Positions 9,475 through 18,326 of a stretch of 64,000 nucleotides of DNA are shown here, piece after piece; positions within the stretch are counted from its first letter, which is position 1, and each line of letters starts with the position of its first letter. Origin of the DNA: a virus; IMG/VR virus record IMGVR_UViG_3300025889_009691, positions 26,292-90,291 of that record; one strand, written 5' to 3'. The notes beneath the pieces are model-generated. The model was given only the letters and a program-made list of their open reading frames with translations, was not told the DNA's origin and searched no databases. Both the position numbers and the translations under genes were made by a program.

Positions 9475-10761
9475 ATGAGTTTTGATGAAAGCCGACTCAA
9501 CGAGCTGAAGTCTGCTCTTACCCAAAAGATGGATGAGCAGAAGCAGATCGCTGATTCGATGCAATTTGAGGGCACAACCCTCATCGCTGATGACGAAAAG
9601 AAGTCAGCATTCCAGAATAACATGACCCAGATTCGTGAGATCAAGGGTCTTATTGAGGACATGAGCACTCTTCGTGACGTGTCCGCTTGGTCTTCAGAGG
9701 CCGAGTACAAGTCAGTTGCTGCTGAGGTTGCTGCTGGCGTTGAGTCAGAGGTTTCTCGTCACCGTTCAGTCGGTGATGCGTTCCTTAACTCAGAGGAGTT
9801 CAAGTCACTTCAGGGTGGCAAGGCTGGCGTAAACATGACCTCTCCGTTCATGGCCAAGTCGCTTCAGCAGAAGGACCTTTACTCAGGTCTTCCTACTGGC
9901 ACTCCTGACGCTTTCGGCGCTATTGAGCGTGACGGTATCGTCCCGATTGCTCAGCGTCGTAGCCGTGTGCGTGACCTTTTCCCGGCACGTACCACCAACT
10001 CAGCGGTTGTTGAGTACTTCCGTCAGACCGGCTTCACGAACAACGCTTCAGTTGTTCCTGAGTACTCGTCAGGCAACTTCGGTGCCAAGCCTCAGTCAAC
10101 GATGACCTTCGTTGGTGAGCAGGCTCCGGTGCGGACGATTGCTCACTGGGAAGCCGCTCACCGTAACGTTCTTGCCGATGAGCCGCAGCTGCGTTCAATC
10201 ATCGACAACGAGCTTCTTTACGGTCTTCGTCTGACCGAGGATGCCCAGATTCTTTCCGGTGCTGGCACTGGTGAGGACCTTACTGGTATTCTCAACACCA
10301 CTGACATCCAGACCTACGCATGGTCTGATGGCGCAACTTCACCTGTTGCTGACACCAAGGCCGATGCTCTCCGTCGTGCGGCTACTCTGGCATACCTTGC
10401 CTACTACGAGCCGACCGGCATCATCGTCCACCCGTCAGACTGGGAAGACATTGAGCTTACCAAGAACTCACAGGGCACGTACCTTCTTGCCATGTCAGTT
10501 GCTGGTGGCGCTGAGTCACGTGTCTGGCGTATCCCCGTCATTGACACTCCGGCCATCGCTGAGGGTACCGCTCTTGTCGGTGCGTTCGGTACTGGCGCTC
10601 AGCTGTACGACCGTGAGGCTGCTTCAATCCGTATTTCGGAACAGCACTCAGACTTCTTCGTCCGCAACGCCATCGTGGTGCTTGCTGAAGAGCGTCTTGC
10701 CCTCGCTGTCAAGCGTCCCGAGGCGTTTGTGAAGGTCACCTTCGACGCCGAACCGAGCTGA
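9475..10761 (+). CDS. Major capsid protein, HK97 fold with N-terminal coiled-coil (delta-like) domain
   Basis: TAAGGAG SD; motifs RVRDLF, GAKPQS, VRTIAHW, EDAQILSGAGTG, HSDFFVRN..AEERLALAVKRPEAFV; strong codon bias. Confidence 0.95.
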   Translation: MSFDESRLNELKSALTQKMDEQKQIADSMQFEGTTLIADDEKKSAFQNNMTQIREIKGLIEDMSTLRDVSAWSSEAEYKSVAAEVAAGVESEVSRHRSVGDAFLNSEEFKSLQGGKAGVNMTSPFMAKSLQQKDLYSGLPTGTPDAFGAIERDGIVPIAQRRSRVRDLFPARTTNSAVVEYFRQTGFTNNASVVPEYSSGNFGAKPQSTMTFVGEQAPVRTIAHWEAAHRNVLADEPQLRSIIDNELLYGLRLTEDAQILSGAGTGEDLTGILNTTDIQTYAWSDGATSPVADTKADALRRAATLAYLAYYEPTGIIVHPSDWEDIELTKNSQGTYLLAMSVAGGAESRVWRIPVIDTPAIAEGTALVGAFGTGAQLYDREAASIRISEQHSDFFVRNAIVVLAEERLALAVKRPEAFVKVTFDAEPS

Positions 10762-10806
10762 TCCTAGAGATCAACTTAAGAGTTGCTAAAACTTAGCGAC
10801 TAGTTC

Positions 10807-10838
10807 AAAGGCCCCCCGGCTTCGGTCGGGGGGCTTTT
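10807..10838 (+). terminator. Intrinsic terminator after the capsid gene
   Basis: GCCCCCCGGC-TTCG-GTCGGGGGGC-TTTT. Confidence 0.9.
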
Positions 10839-10851
10839 GCTATAATAGGGT

Positions 10852-11589
10852 ATGCCTATCTTTGAAGAAGATTCAGATTTGCCTATACCTACGTGGACTC
10901 GTGATGAAGTAGTGGTGCTTGAGTCTATTGATGAGTTTTATTCTGCTGGTATTATCAACATGCTTCAGTTTTTGGTTGCTGAAGAAGGCGCTGTTCTGGA
11001 TGAGACAATTGATTTGACTTTGGTCATGCACTCTGTTGTTAATGCTCACAATGATAAGTATTCGTTTGATCAGACAGATATTTTGTTGGCGTTGGCAAGC
11101 GAGTTTTGTTTGATTGATTCGGTTCATGACCGGCAGGTGCTGGCGGGTATTGAGTTGCTGGACAATGCTGTTCTGTACTTAGCGATGCACGACGAGCCTG
11201 ACTATGCGTTAGAGGCGGCTGTGTGTCTCAGTCAAAGCAGCAGATCAATTATGCAAGTGTCAGCGGTACTTCCGTCTTTGTCGTTGTTTGGGCATTGGGA
11301 AGAATTTGCTGCTGTAATCATTAGTTCTATATTGACGCAGCGTGCCACATGTAGTAGAATGTCTGTACTGTACTCTGCTATAGAAACTCTAAATGTAGGG
11401 GTTGACAGCAAAGTTGACTTTGTGGATTACATCCGAAAGTTGTGTGCTGTCAATTTGCTTTCTCTGGAGATGCCGAAGTCATCTCAAGGAGAAGCATCAG
11501 TTCATTTAAATACCCAGGCAGCTGGGTTGTTTTTGCTCTTCTCTAACAGAGTGGAGTTAGCGAAAGAACTAGCAAGCTTGTCAGTTTGA
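10852..11589 (+). CDS. Hypothetical protein (245 aa)
   Basis: Long ORF; TGcTATAAT extended -10 ends 5 nt before the ATG. Confidence 0.7.
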   Translation: MPIFEEDSDLPIPTWTRDEVVVLESIDEFYSAGIINMLQFLVAEEGAVLDETIDLTLVMHSVVNAHNDKYSFDQTDILLALASEFCLIDSVHDRQVLAGIELLDNAVLYLAMHDEPDYALEAAVCLSQSSRSIMQVSAVLPSLSLFGHWEEFAAVIISSILTQRATCSRMSVLYSAIETLNVGVDSKVDFVDYIRKLCAVNLLSLEMPKSSQGEASVHLNTQAAGLFLLFSNRVELAKELASLSV

Positions 11590-11733
11590 CATGCTGCCAC
11601 GTTCATGGTAGCATGATCTAGCAAGATTTTTGCAACTCTCACAATGACTTGACGATTGTAGTTCATTGTGGGTGGCTACAATAGTAAAACCATTATTTTT
11701 ATACACACGTTCACAGCCATAGGAGGACATAAG

Positions 11734-13689
11734 GTGAACCCTTTTTTCATTTCAGACGACCACGCTAACGACTACGCAGACAAGATGCCTCCTTGGGGTT
11801 TCAACGGTCTGGGGTATGTAACGTATAAGCGTACTTATGCCCGACCTATTTTTGAAGGCAACACTGACGTTATTGAACGCACTGAGGAATGGCATGAGAC
11901 TATTCAGCGAGTTGTTAACGGTGCACAGAACATTGGTGCCCAGTTGACACAGGATGAGGCTGAGCGTCTGTATGATTACTTGTTTAACTTGAAGGGTTCT
12001 GTTGCTGGTCGAATGCTTTGGCAGTTAGGTACTCCTAACAACCAGCGTTTGGGCGGCGACTCACTTGTGAACTGCTGGTTTGTTGACGTTCAGAAGCCTT
12101 CAGATTTTTCGTGGTCTGTTGAGCGCCTTATGCTTGGCGGCGGCGTAGGATTCTCATGCGATAAGCCTGAGCGTCTTGGTGTCGTCCGTAGTGCGTGGGT
12201 TTCCCATCAGGATGAGAACGATTCAGATTTCATTGTTCCTGATACTCGTGAGGGATGGGCTGAACTGATCCGTAAGGTGTTTGAATGCTACCTTGGCGAT
12301 GATGACAACCCTCGCTGGATGACATATGCAACTCATTTGATTCGTCCCGCTGGAGTTCCCATTAAGACGTTTGGTGGAACTGCTTCAGGACCTGAAATTC
12401 TTATCTCTGGTGTTGAAAAGATTTGCAAGGTGCTAGACGGTGCTGTTGGCCGCACGCTTACTTCCGTTGAGGTTCTTGACTGCATGAACATCATTGGCTC
12501 TATTGTTGTTGCCGGTAACGTTCGTCGCAGCGCTGAAATTGCGGTTGGCCGTCTTGACGATGAAGATTACCTGATGGCGAAGCGTTGGGACCTTGGCGAT
12601 ATTCCTATTGAGCGGGCCATGTCGAACAATACTGTTTTTGTTTCTCCTGAAGAAATGAAGGATATGCCTGATTTGATTTGGGAAGGGTACAAGGGCAACG
12701 GCGAACCTTACGGGTTCTTTAACCTAGAAGCTTCACGTCAGTTTGGCCGCATGGGCGAAGAGCGTCCTGATCCTTCAATTGTTGGCGTTAACCCTTGCGC
12801 TGAAATCCCTCTGGCTAACCGTGAGTCGTGCAATCTGTCTGAGATTTTCCTTCCCATGATTGATTCACCTGAGCAGCTTAAGGATGTTGCCAAGTTGCTG
12901 TACAAGGTCCAGAAGGCTACTGCCGCTTTGTCGTACCTTGATCCTGCGTCTGATAAGATCACTTCTCAGAACATGCGTTTGGGTCTTGGTATTACTGGTG
13001 TTGCTCAGGCTCTTGACAAGATTGATTGGCTAGATGAGACTTACACTGAACTGCGTGAGTTGGATGCTGCGTGGTCAGAGGAGCGTGGCTGGCCTGAGTC
13101 TGTTCGTCTTACCACGATTAAGCCTTCTGGTACGCTTAGCCTTCTTCCCGGTGTGACCCCCGGTGTTCACCCCGGCTTTAGCCAGTACTTCGTTAAGCGT
13201 ATGCGTATGTCTGCTACGGATGTGCTTGTAAACTACTGCAGGTCAAAGGGGTTCTATGTAGAGCCTCTGCGTAACTTTGATGGTTCAGAAGATCATCGGA
13301 CGGTGGTTGTAGAGTTCCCTTGTGCGTTCCCTGAGGGCACTGTGTTGGCTGAGGATATGACTGCTATTGAGCAGATGGACCTTGTTCGCCGTTTGCAGAA
13401 GGTTTGGGCAGACAACGCTATTTCGGTGACTGTCTACTACAAGAGCGAAGAGCTTGACGGTATCCGTGAGTACCTTGCGGAGCATTGGAGCGAGATGAAG
13501 TCTGTTTCGTTCTTGCTGCATAGCGAGCACGGGTTTGATCAGGCCCCTATGGGGGAGTTGACGAAGGACGAGTATGAAACCGTGCTTAAGACCACTTCGC
13601 CTCTTGGAGAGAAGCTTACTGGTTCAACTATCATGTCGGACGACGAGTTCGATGCGGAGTGCGCCACTGGAGCTTGCCCTATCCGATAA
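11734..13689 (+). CDS. nrdJ: Adenosylcobalamin-dependent (class II, RTPR-type) ribonucleotide reductase
   Basis: AGGAGG SD before GTG 11734; motifs YKRTYAR, GRMLWQLG, NCW, VAGNVRRSA, NPCAEI, TTIKPSGT, C-terminal ECATGACPIR. Confidence 0.93.
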   Translation: MNPFFISDDHANDYADKMPPWGFNGLGYVTYKRTYARPIFEGNTDVIERTEEWHETIQRVVNGAQNIGAQLTQDEAERLYDYLFNLKGSVAGRMLWQLGTPNNQRLGGDSLVNCWFVDVQKPSDFSWSVERLMLGGGVGFSCDKPERLGVVRSAWVSHQDENDSDFIVPDTREGWAELIRKVFECYLGDDDNPRWMTYATHLIRPAGVPIKTFGGTASGPEILISGVEKICKVLDGAVGRTLTSVEVLDCMNIIGSIVVAGNVRRSAEIAVGRLDDEDYLMAKRWDLGDIPIERAMSNNTVFVSPEEMKDMPDLIWEGYKGNGEPYGFFNLEASRQFGRMGEERPDPSIVGVNPCAEIPLANRESCNLSEIFLPMIDSPEQLKDVAKLLYKVQKATAALSYLDPASDKITSQNMRLGLGITGVAQALDKIDWLDETYTELRELDAAWSEERGWPESVRLTTIKPSGTLSLLPGVTPGVHPGFSQYFVKRMRMSATDVLVNYCRSKGFYVEPLRNFDGSEDHRTVVVEFPCAFPEGTVLAEDMTAIEQMDLVRRLQKVWADNAISVTVYYKSEELDGIREYLAEHWSEMKSVSFLLHSEHGFDQAPMGELTKDEYETVLKTTSPLGEKLTGSTIMSDDEFDAECATGACPIR

Positions 13690-13690
13690 T

Positions 13691-13719
13691 TTGACTTCCG
13701 CCAAAGGGGCGGGTATAAT
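13691..13719 (+). promoter_or_regulatory. Sigma70-type promoter of a leaderless ahpC transcript
   Basis: TTGACT-17 nt-TATAAT, with the ATG at 13726 six nt downstream. Confidence 0.8.
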
Positions 13720-13725
13720 ATGTTC

Positions 13726-14238
13726 ATGATTGGATTGAATGAACAGTTTCCCCCCTTTGGCGCAGTCGGTGTTACGGCGTCAAACGAATTTACTAATGTA
13801 AGCCTAGACGACTTTGATGGTCGTTGGAAGGTATTCTATTTTTACCCTAAGGACTTTACGTTTATCTGTCCTACTGAGATTAAGGAAATGGATCGTGTTC
13901 TTGATGAGGATGCGGTTGTTGTTGGTTTCAGTGGCGACAATGAGTTCTGCAAGTTGAATTGGAAGAAGTCCAACGACCTGATTAGAGACATCAGGCATAC
14001 TCTTGTGGCTGATACAGGTCTGTATTTGGCTGAGTACTTGGGTGTGGTTGATGACTCAGAAGGCGTCGCTTTGCGTGCCACGTTTATTGTTGACCCTATG
14101 AATGTCATCAGGTCAATTACTGTAAACGATGTGGACACTGGCCGTAACGTAGATGAGACTATTCGTACTCTAAACGCTATTCGTGCGGGCGGTCTTACTG
14201 GGTGTTCTTGGACTCCCGGCGACACGTTTGTTGGCTGA
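13726..14238 (+). CDS. ahpC: Peroxiredoxin (AhpC/Prx1)
   Basis: FYPKDFTFICPTE, RATFIVDP, GRNVDE, resolving Cys in LTGCSW; start moved to the second ATG because the first directly abuts the -10. Confidence 0.92.
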   Translation: MIGLNEQFPPFGAVGVTASNEFTNVSLDDFDGRWKVFYFYPKDFTFICPTEIKEMDRVLDEDAVVVGFSGDNEFCKLNWKKSNDLIRDIRHTLVADTGLYLAEYLGVVDDSEGVALRATFIVDPMNVIRSITVNDVDTGRNVDETIRTLNAIRAGGLTGCSWTPGDTFVG

Positions 14239-14299
14239 TTTTTTATTATAGTCAGTAAACTTGCACTGTTGTGCAACTTGGGGATATAGATTATTTCTT

Positions 14300-14420
14300 G
14301 TACCGGCAAGAATGACTAACCCCAAGGAGGTTGATTGTGGATATCGGTTAAGACGCCGGTAACCGATATGCGATCAAGTATCTGAGCGGGGTTCGGTCAT
14401 TGCACCGGACCCCGTTCTTG
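14300..14420 (+). ncRNA. Candidate structured small RNA, family unassigned
   Basis: Long hairpin TTGATTGT-GG-ATATCGGTTA/TAACCGATAT-GCGATCAA, a terminal hairpin, and an alternative long-range pairing; no sizeable ORF. Confidence 0.45.
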
Positions 14421-14435
14421 TTTTAGAATATTGTT

Positions 14436-14801
14436 ATGACTTCGCTTCAAGAACTGCACGAGCATAAGCTACACGTGGACTTAATGTATCTTGCTGATAT
14501 GGTGGAAGTTGCTGGAGTTTCTCAAACGGTTCCTGTCGATGCTGAGGGGGCCGTTTCTTTGTCTTATGCGATAGCCATGCTGTGTGGTGCGACTGCATAT
14601 CCGCATGTAGATGACTTTGCTCATTTGTTGGAGATTGTGCCTGCGGTTAATCGCCGCAGGTTTATTTATTGTTGGGATGCGTTAGAGTTTGAGTTTGGTA
14701 GCGATATTGTGTCTTGGTCTGAGCATGTTGGAACCGTAGCTACTGTTAAAGGTATTCGTCGTTTAGCAAAAGAAATTGAGCATTTCAAAGTTTCCCCTTG
14801 A
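14436..14801 (+). CDS. Hypothetical protein
   Basis: ORF; TAGAAT 6 nt before the ATG. Confidence 0.7.
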   Translation: MTSLQELHEHKLHVDLMYLADMVEVAGVSQTVPVDAEGAVSLSYAIAMLCGATAYPHVDDFAHLLEIVPAVNRRRFIYCWDALEFEFGSDIVSWSEHVGTVATVKGIRRLAKEIEHFKVSP

Positions 14802-14832
14802 CATGGTAGACGCTATTCACTAATATAGTTCT

Positions 14833-15222
14833 ATGAATCATGATATGAGATGGCGAAGGCACTATGAAGCCTTACTTCAATACAATGATCGTTTTGGAGA
14901 CGCACTAGTTCCGAGCGGCCACGTTGAGTTTTTAGACTCCGGGGAAGAACTGAATTTAGGGAACTGGGTAAGTTACATGCGGACACGGTATCGACAAAAC
15001 GCATTGCCAGCCCAACGAGTTGCTCTGCTAGAATCTATTCCTTCATGGGAGTGGGGGCCGGTGCGACCGGGACCAAAATCTAGAGATGTTGTATTAGTAA
15101 GAAATAACGAAATTATATCCAAGCACATGTCGGGCGGTGTGCCGTTGTCTACGTTAGCCCGAGAGTATGGTTTATCACGCCAAAGAATTCATCAAATAAT
15201 TAAGGAGAACACAAATGCGTAA
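14833..15222 (+). CDS. Helicase-associated (HA) domain plus C-terminal HTH protein
   Basis: W..HY.AL..Y...G...VP....LG.WV...R..Y....L...R...LE.I..W.W pattern, then LSTLAREYGLSRQRIHQI; promoter TTGACA-17-TAATAT. Confidence 0.75.
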   Translation: MNHDMRWRRHYEALLQYNDRFGDALVPSGHVEFLDSGEELNLGNWVSYMRTRYRQNALPAQRVALLESIPSWEWGPVRPGPKSRDVVLVRNNEIISKHMSGGVPLSTLAREYGLSRQRIHQIIKENTNA

Positions 15223-15514
15223 TTCAGAAGAATGGGAACGAGTACTAAATCAGATGACTGAAAACAGTCAGCCAAAACCTAAGGTTACCCTGGGTATCTT
15301 GATCTCTGCTTTAATTTCAGTAGCAGCGATTAGTGCTTTTGGCGGTATGGCTATCATGCTGCTAAATATGGTCGTAAACAGTGCGTGGCCCAACCTAGAC
15401 GTTTTGCGTCCCGGTATCGGCTATCGTCACGGAGCAGCTATTTTTGCTATCTGGTTTATCTGGTTTGGTTTTAAGACGCAGGTTGCAAACAACATTACTA
15501 AGGGAGAAGGCTAA
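15215..15514 (+). CDS. Small two-TM membrane protein
   Basis: AAGGAG SD; two hydrophobic stretches. Confidence 0.7.
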   Translation: MRNSEEWERVLNQMTENSQPKPKVTLGILISALISVAAISAFGGMAIMLLNMVVNSAWPNLDVLRPGIGYRHGAAIFAIWFIWFGFKTQVANNITKGEG

Positions 15515-16023
15515 TGTCTGTAGTTTCTGACGTAGCCACCTGGGATGCTGCGGCCAAAGAGCGACTTAAAGATGTATGGCTTTTTCATGCAGCCACGGTT
15601 TTCCAAGGTGAAGATTCATTAGAGCATATCCTTGTAAACTTGCGCAGCCATTTAGATGAGCTTATTGATACTTACTTTGGTACAAACGAAAGCCCTGAAA
15701 AGCATGAGTGGGTTATCACGGCAAAGTATGCCCTTTTGGCTGATAGTGGTCTGGCGGATGAGCCGGAGGATATGTGGCGGACTTTGTGCTCGAAACAGAA
15801 TGACTATGGTCCGAATAACATTGCAAGGTTTGGCTCGTCGGGGGTTTTGCTGCGCATGCATGACAAGGTTGCCCGGTTAGAGAACTTGATTGGGAATGGC
15901 CTGACTGTTGAGAACGAATCGTTGCACGATACGTATTTAGACCTTGTTGGTTATTCTGTGATTGGTATGATGTTAGACGACGGCAGTTTCTTTTACCCTA
16001 TGGGGGAGGACTGGCAGAAGTAA
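15514..16023 (+). CDS. DUF1599/Nmad1-like (MazG/dUTPase all-alpha superfamily) nucleotide-modification-associated protein
   Basis: KQNDYG..NI..FG..GVL.RM.DK.ARL.NL...ESL.DT.LDL.GY. Confidence 0.7.
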   Translation: MSVVSDVATWDAAAKERLKDVWLFHAATVFQGEDSLEHILVNLRSHLDELIDTYFGTNESPEKHEWVITAKYALLADSGLADEPEDMWRTLCSKQNDYGPNNIARFGSSGVLLRMHDKVARLENLIGNGLTVENESLHDTYLDLVGYSVIGMMLDDGSFFYPMGEDWQK

Positions 16024-16088
16024 TCGTGGGGTAGGGCTTAGGTACGGTATTATAGTAGTAATGTACGTTCCGATGGAGGAGAAAGCAT

Positions 16089-16229
16089 ATGCCCCCGACA
16101 ACTGATAAGCCAGACACTGAAACGCCTAGACCTAGAGGGCTTATTGAGCGAGTTCTAGACGCTATTGATGCAGGCCGACGTGATGGTCTGTTGCCCCCTA
16201 ATCCCAATAATAGACCGCAGGCCGGTTAA
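16089..16229 (+). CDS. Small Pro-rich protein (46 aa; not in the ORF track)
   Basis: GGAGGAG SD; MPPTTDKPDTETPRPRGLIERVLDAIDAGRRDGLLPPNPNNRPQAG. Confidence 0.6.
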   Translation: MPPTTDKPDTETPRPRGLIERVLDAIDAGRRDGLLPPNPNNRPQAG

Positions 16230-16287
16230 GCGGATTTTTAGTCGTCACTTAGCTATTTAGCTTTGTATTATTCTTGGCAGGTCGTGA

Positions 16288-16929
16288 ATGGCTCTTATTA
16301 CAGTTTCTGATATTACAACATATATGGACATTACGCTCAGTAATGTGCAAGAAGACGCTGCTGAGATTGTCATTGACGGCCTACAAGCAGAGTTAGAAGC
16401 ATACCTGCGCAGACCTATTGAGCAGCAGTCCTTTACTGAAACCTATCGAATCCCTGATGTAGGGCGTGGAGTAGTGAATCAGCAGTACTATTACAACTAC
16501 ACTACTGATCCTTCCACGACGCTTACGTCTCCGGGTATTATCTATACTCCGATGTATACGTTGTATTTGGATAATAGTCCGGTTATTTCGGTTTCTTCTG
16601 TTTCGATTACTCCTGCTTCTGCTTCTGCTACAGCGACTGATCAGGTGGCTGAGAGAGATTACATAACTCGTGATTATGGCATTGAGTTGTTTAATGCTTT
16701 TGCTAATGACCGTGTTACGATAACATACACGGCTGGCCTAGATGGTGCCAACATCAAAGTTTTTAAGTTGCTGTTGTTGAGAGCGGCTGCCCGTGAGATG
16801 CAGAACATGCATGACGATGTGGTTGGTTTGAAGGATTTGACGACAAGAAATGTTGCACCTTTGGAGACTGGGTTTTCTGAGCGTGAGCTTATGAGCATTA
16901 AAAAGTACCGTAGAGTTAGGGTGGCCTAA
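16288..16929 (+). CDS. Head-tail connector/adaptor protein
   Basis: MALITVSDI..Y, E.YL.RP, P.ISVSSV, V.ITYTAG, final KKYRR pattern; position in the cluster. Confidence 0.75.
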   Translation: MALITVSDITTYMDITLSNVQEDAAEIVIDGLQAELEAYLRRPIEQQSFTETYRIPDVGRGVVNQQYYYNYTTDPSTTLTSPGIIYTPMYTLYLDNSPVISVSSVSITPASASATATDQVAERDYITRDYGIELFNAFANDRVTITYTAGLDGANIKVFKLLLLRAAAREMQNMHDDVVGLKDLTTRNVAPLETGFSERELMSIKKYRRVRVA

Positions 16930-16930
16930 C

Positions 16931-17440
16931 ATGGCTGCTCAAGTACGTGTCAAAAAAGTCCGAACTGGACCTCTAAAGCGTCGATTTGCTACGATGGTGC
17001 GCAGGTCAAATAACTTTAAGCCTGTGTTTCGTTGGGCTATGCGTGAGCTTGCGAATGCCCACGAGCAGTTGTTTGCGACAGAGGGTGCGGCTGCTGGTGG
17101 GCGGTGGGAGCGCCTTAACGAAGAGTATGCCTCGTGGAAGTTAGAGAACTACGGGGCAAACGGTATTCTTGTTGCTGATGGCTCATTGCGCCGGTCTTTA
17201 ACTGCGATCAATTCAGGGCGTGGCGTTGTTCGTGATATTGGTGCTTCAAAAGCACAGTTTGGTACGTCAATTCCTTACGCTGACTACCACTTTACGGGAA
17301 CTCGCAAGATGCCTGAACGCAGACCACTTTTTGTTCCGAGAACGTTTTCTGACAGAACCGCATTTATAGTTGGCCGATATATTATGGACGGGCAAAAGGG
17401 TATTGATGCGGCGGCTGCTGCGGCAAAGGTGACGATCTAA
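16931..17440 (+). CDS. Virion morphogenesis/neck protein (Mu gpG-like)
   Basis: F.TEG...G.W..L, IL...G.LRRS, GT..PYA.YH..GT.KMP.RRPL. Confidence 0.8.
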   Translation: MAAQVRVKKVRTGPLKRRFATMVRRSNNFKPVFRWAMRELANAHEQLFATEGAAAGGRWERLNEEYASWKLENYGANGILVADGSLRRSLTAINSGRGVVRDIGASKAQFGTSIPYADYHFTGTRKMPERRPLFVPRTFSDRTAFIVGRYIMDGQKGIDAAAAAAKVTI

Positions 17441-17441
17441 A

Positions 17442-18314
17442 ATGATGTCAGGACCTAGATTAGCAAAATCATATGTGTCGAATTATCTCGTTAATGACAT
17501 TCCGGGTAGGCTGCTTACGTATCGGAATCATTGGGGATTGAGTTCTTCTCAGCTTCCTGAGCCACGTAAGTATTTGTCGTATGAGCCGTTTGCTTTGGAT
17601 GCTTGGCCGACGTTAATTACGTTGGCTATTAGTACCGGCAATATTGAGCGGACTGATTATGCTGTTGATGCTGATCCTATTTTTAGGGTGACGTATCAAA
17701 TGCGTACTTATGTTTGGGTGCGTGATAGCGGTGGTCAGATTGTGACTGATCAGCGAGATAATCTTGTTGCTGTTGTTCGTGAAGCGCTTATGGACGGACC
17801 TTCGTTGTCTGCGTATGACTCGTCTGTTCCGTGCTATCCGAAGATTGATGAGTCTTCAATTCGTGAAGAGTTTTCTGATTTGACTTTGATCAAGGGTGAG
17901 CGTTTGCTAGCTGGCGCTTTTGTAGGTTATGATCTGTCTTTGGAAGAACGTGTAGATCATGATCCTCTTGGTGTGATGCAGTCTACGCAGGTAACTGTAG
18001 AGAAGATGGCGATCACCGCTAATGCTCCCACGAATCTTATTGCGGTTGCTGGAGATACTGAAGTTACTTTGTCTTGGACAGATTCAACATGGAACGGCGG
18101 CGTGTACGATATTACTGGATATAACATTCAGCAGTCTTCAGATTCTGGTTCTACGTGGACGACTGTTGTGAGCGATACTGATTCTTTGGATACGGCTTAT
18201 ACTGTTACGGGTTTGACTAATGGCACGTCGTATCAGTTTAGGGTTGCTTCTGTTAATCAGGCTGGAGTGGGAGCGTATTCGGCTAGTAGCCTTGCTAAAA
18301 CACCGACTGCGTGA
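17442..18314 (+). CDS. Tail-completion/terminator-like protein with a C-terminal fibronectin type III domain
   Basis: Position; FN3 signature APTNL.A.AGD.EVTLSW...ITGY.IQ...YTVTGLTNGTSYQFRV.SVN..G.G.YS. Confidence 0.7.
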   Translation: MMSGPRLAKSYVSNYLVNDIPGRLLTYRNHWGLSSSQLPEPRKYLSYEPFALDAWPTLITLAISTGNIERTDYAVDADPIFRVTYQMRTYVWVRDSGGQIVTDQRDNLVAVVREALMDGPSLSAYDSSVPCYPKIDESSIREEFSDLTLIKGERLLAGAFVGYDLSLEERVDHDPLGVMQSTQVTVEKMAITANAPTNLIAVAGDTEVTLSWTDSTWNGGVYDITGYNIQQSSDSGSTWTTVVSDTDSLDTAYTVTGLTNGTSYQFRVASVNQAGVGAYSASSLAKTPTA

Positions 18315-18326
18315 TAGGATAATACT

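Noticed and set aside
11590-11733. Cobalamin riboswitch or NrdR box upstream of nrdJ
   Set aside because: Inverted repeats exist (CATGCTGCCA/TGGTAGCATG; CACAATGA/TCATTGTG), but I see no B12-box motifs and no convincing NrdR consensus
14300-14420. SRP (4.5S) RNA
   Set aside because: Lacks the GGAA tetraloop and the conserved domain IV internal loops
16089-16229. Similarity of the 46-aa ORF to the AGRRD region near the start of the giant ORF
   Set aside because: The match is five residues in low-complexity sequence
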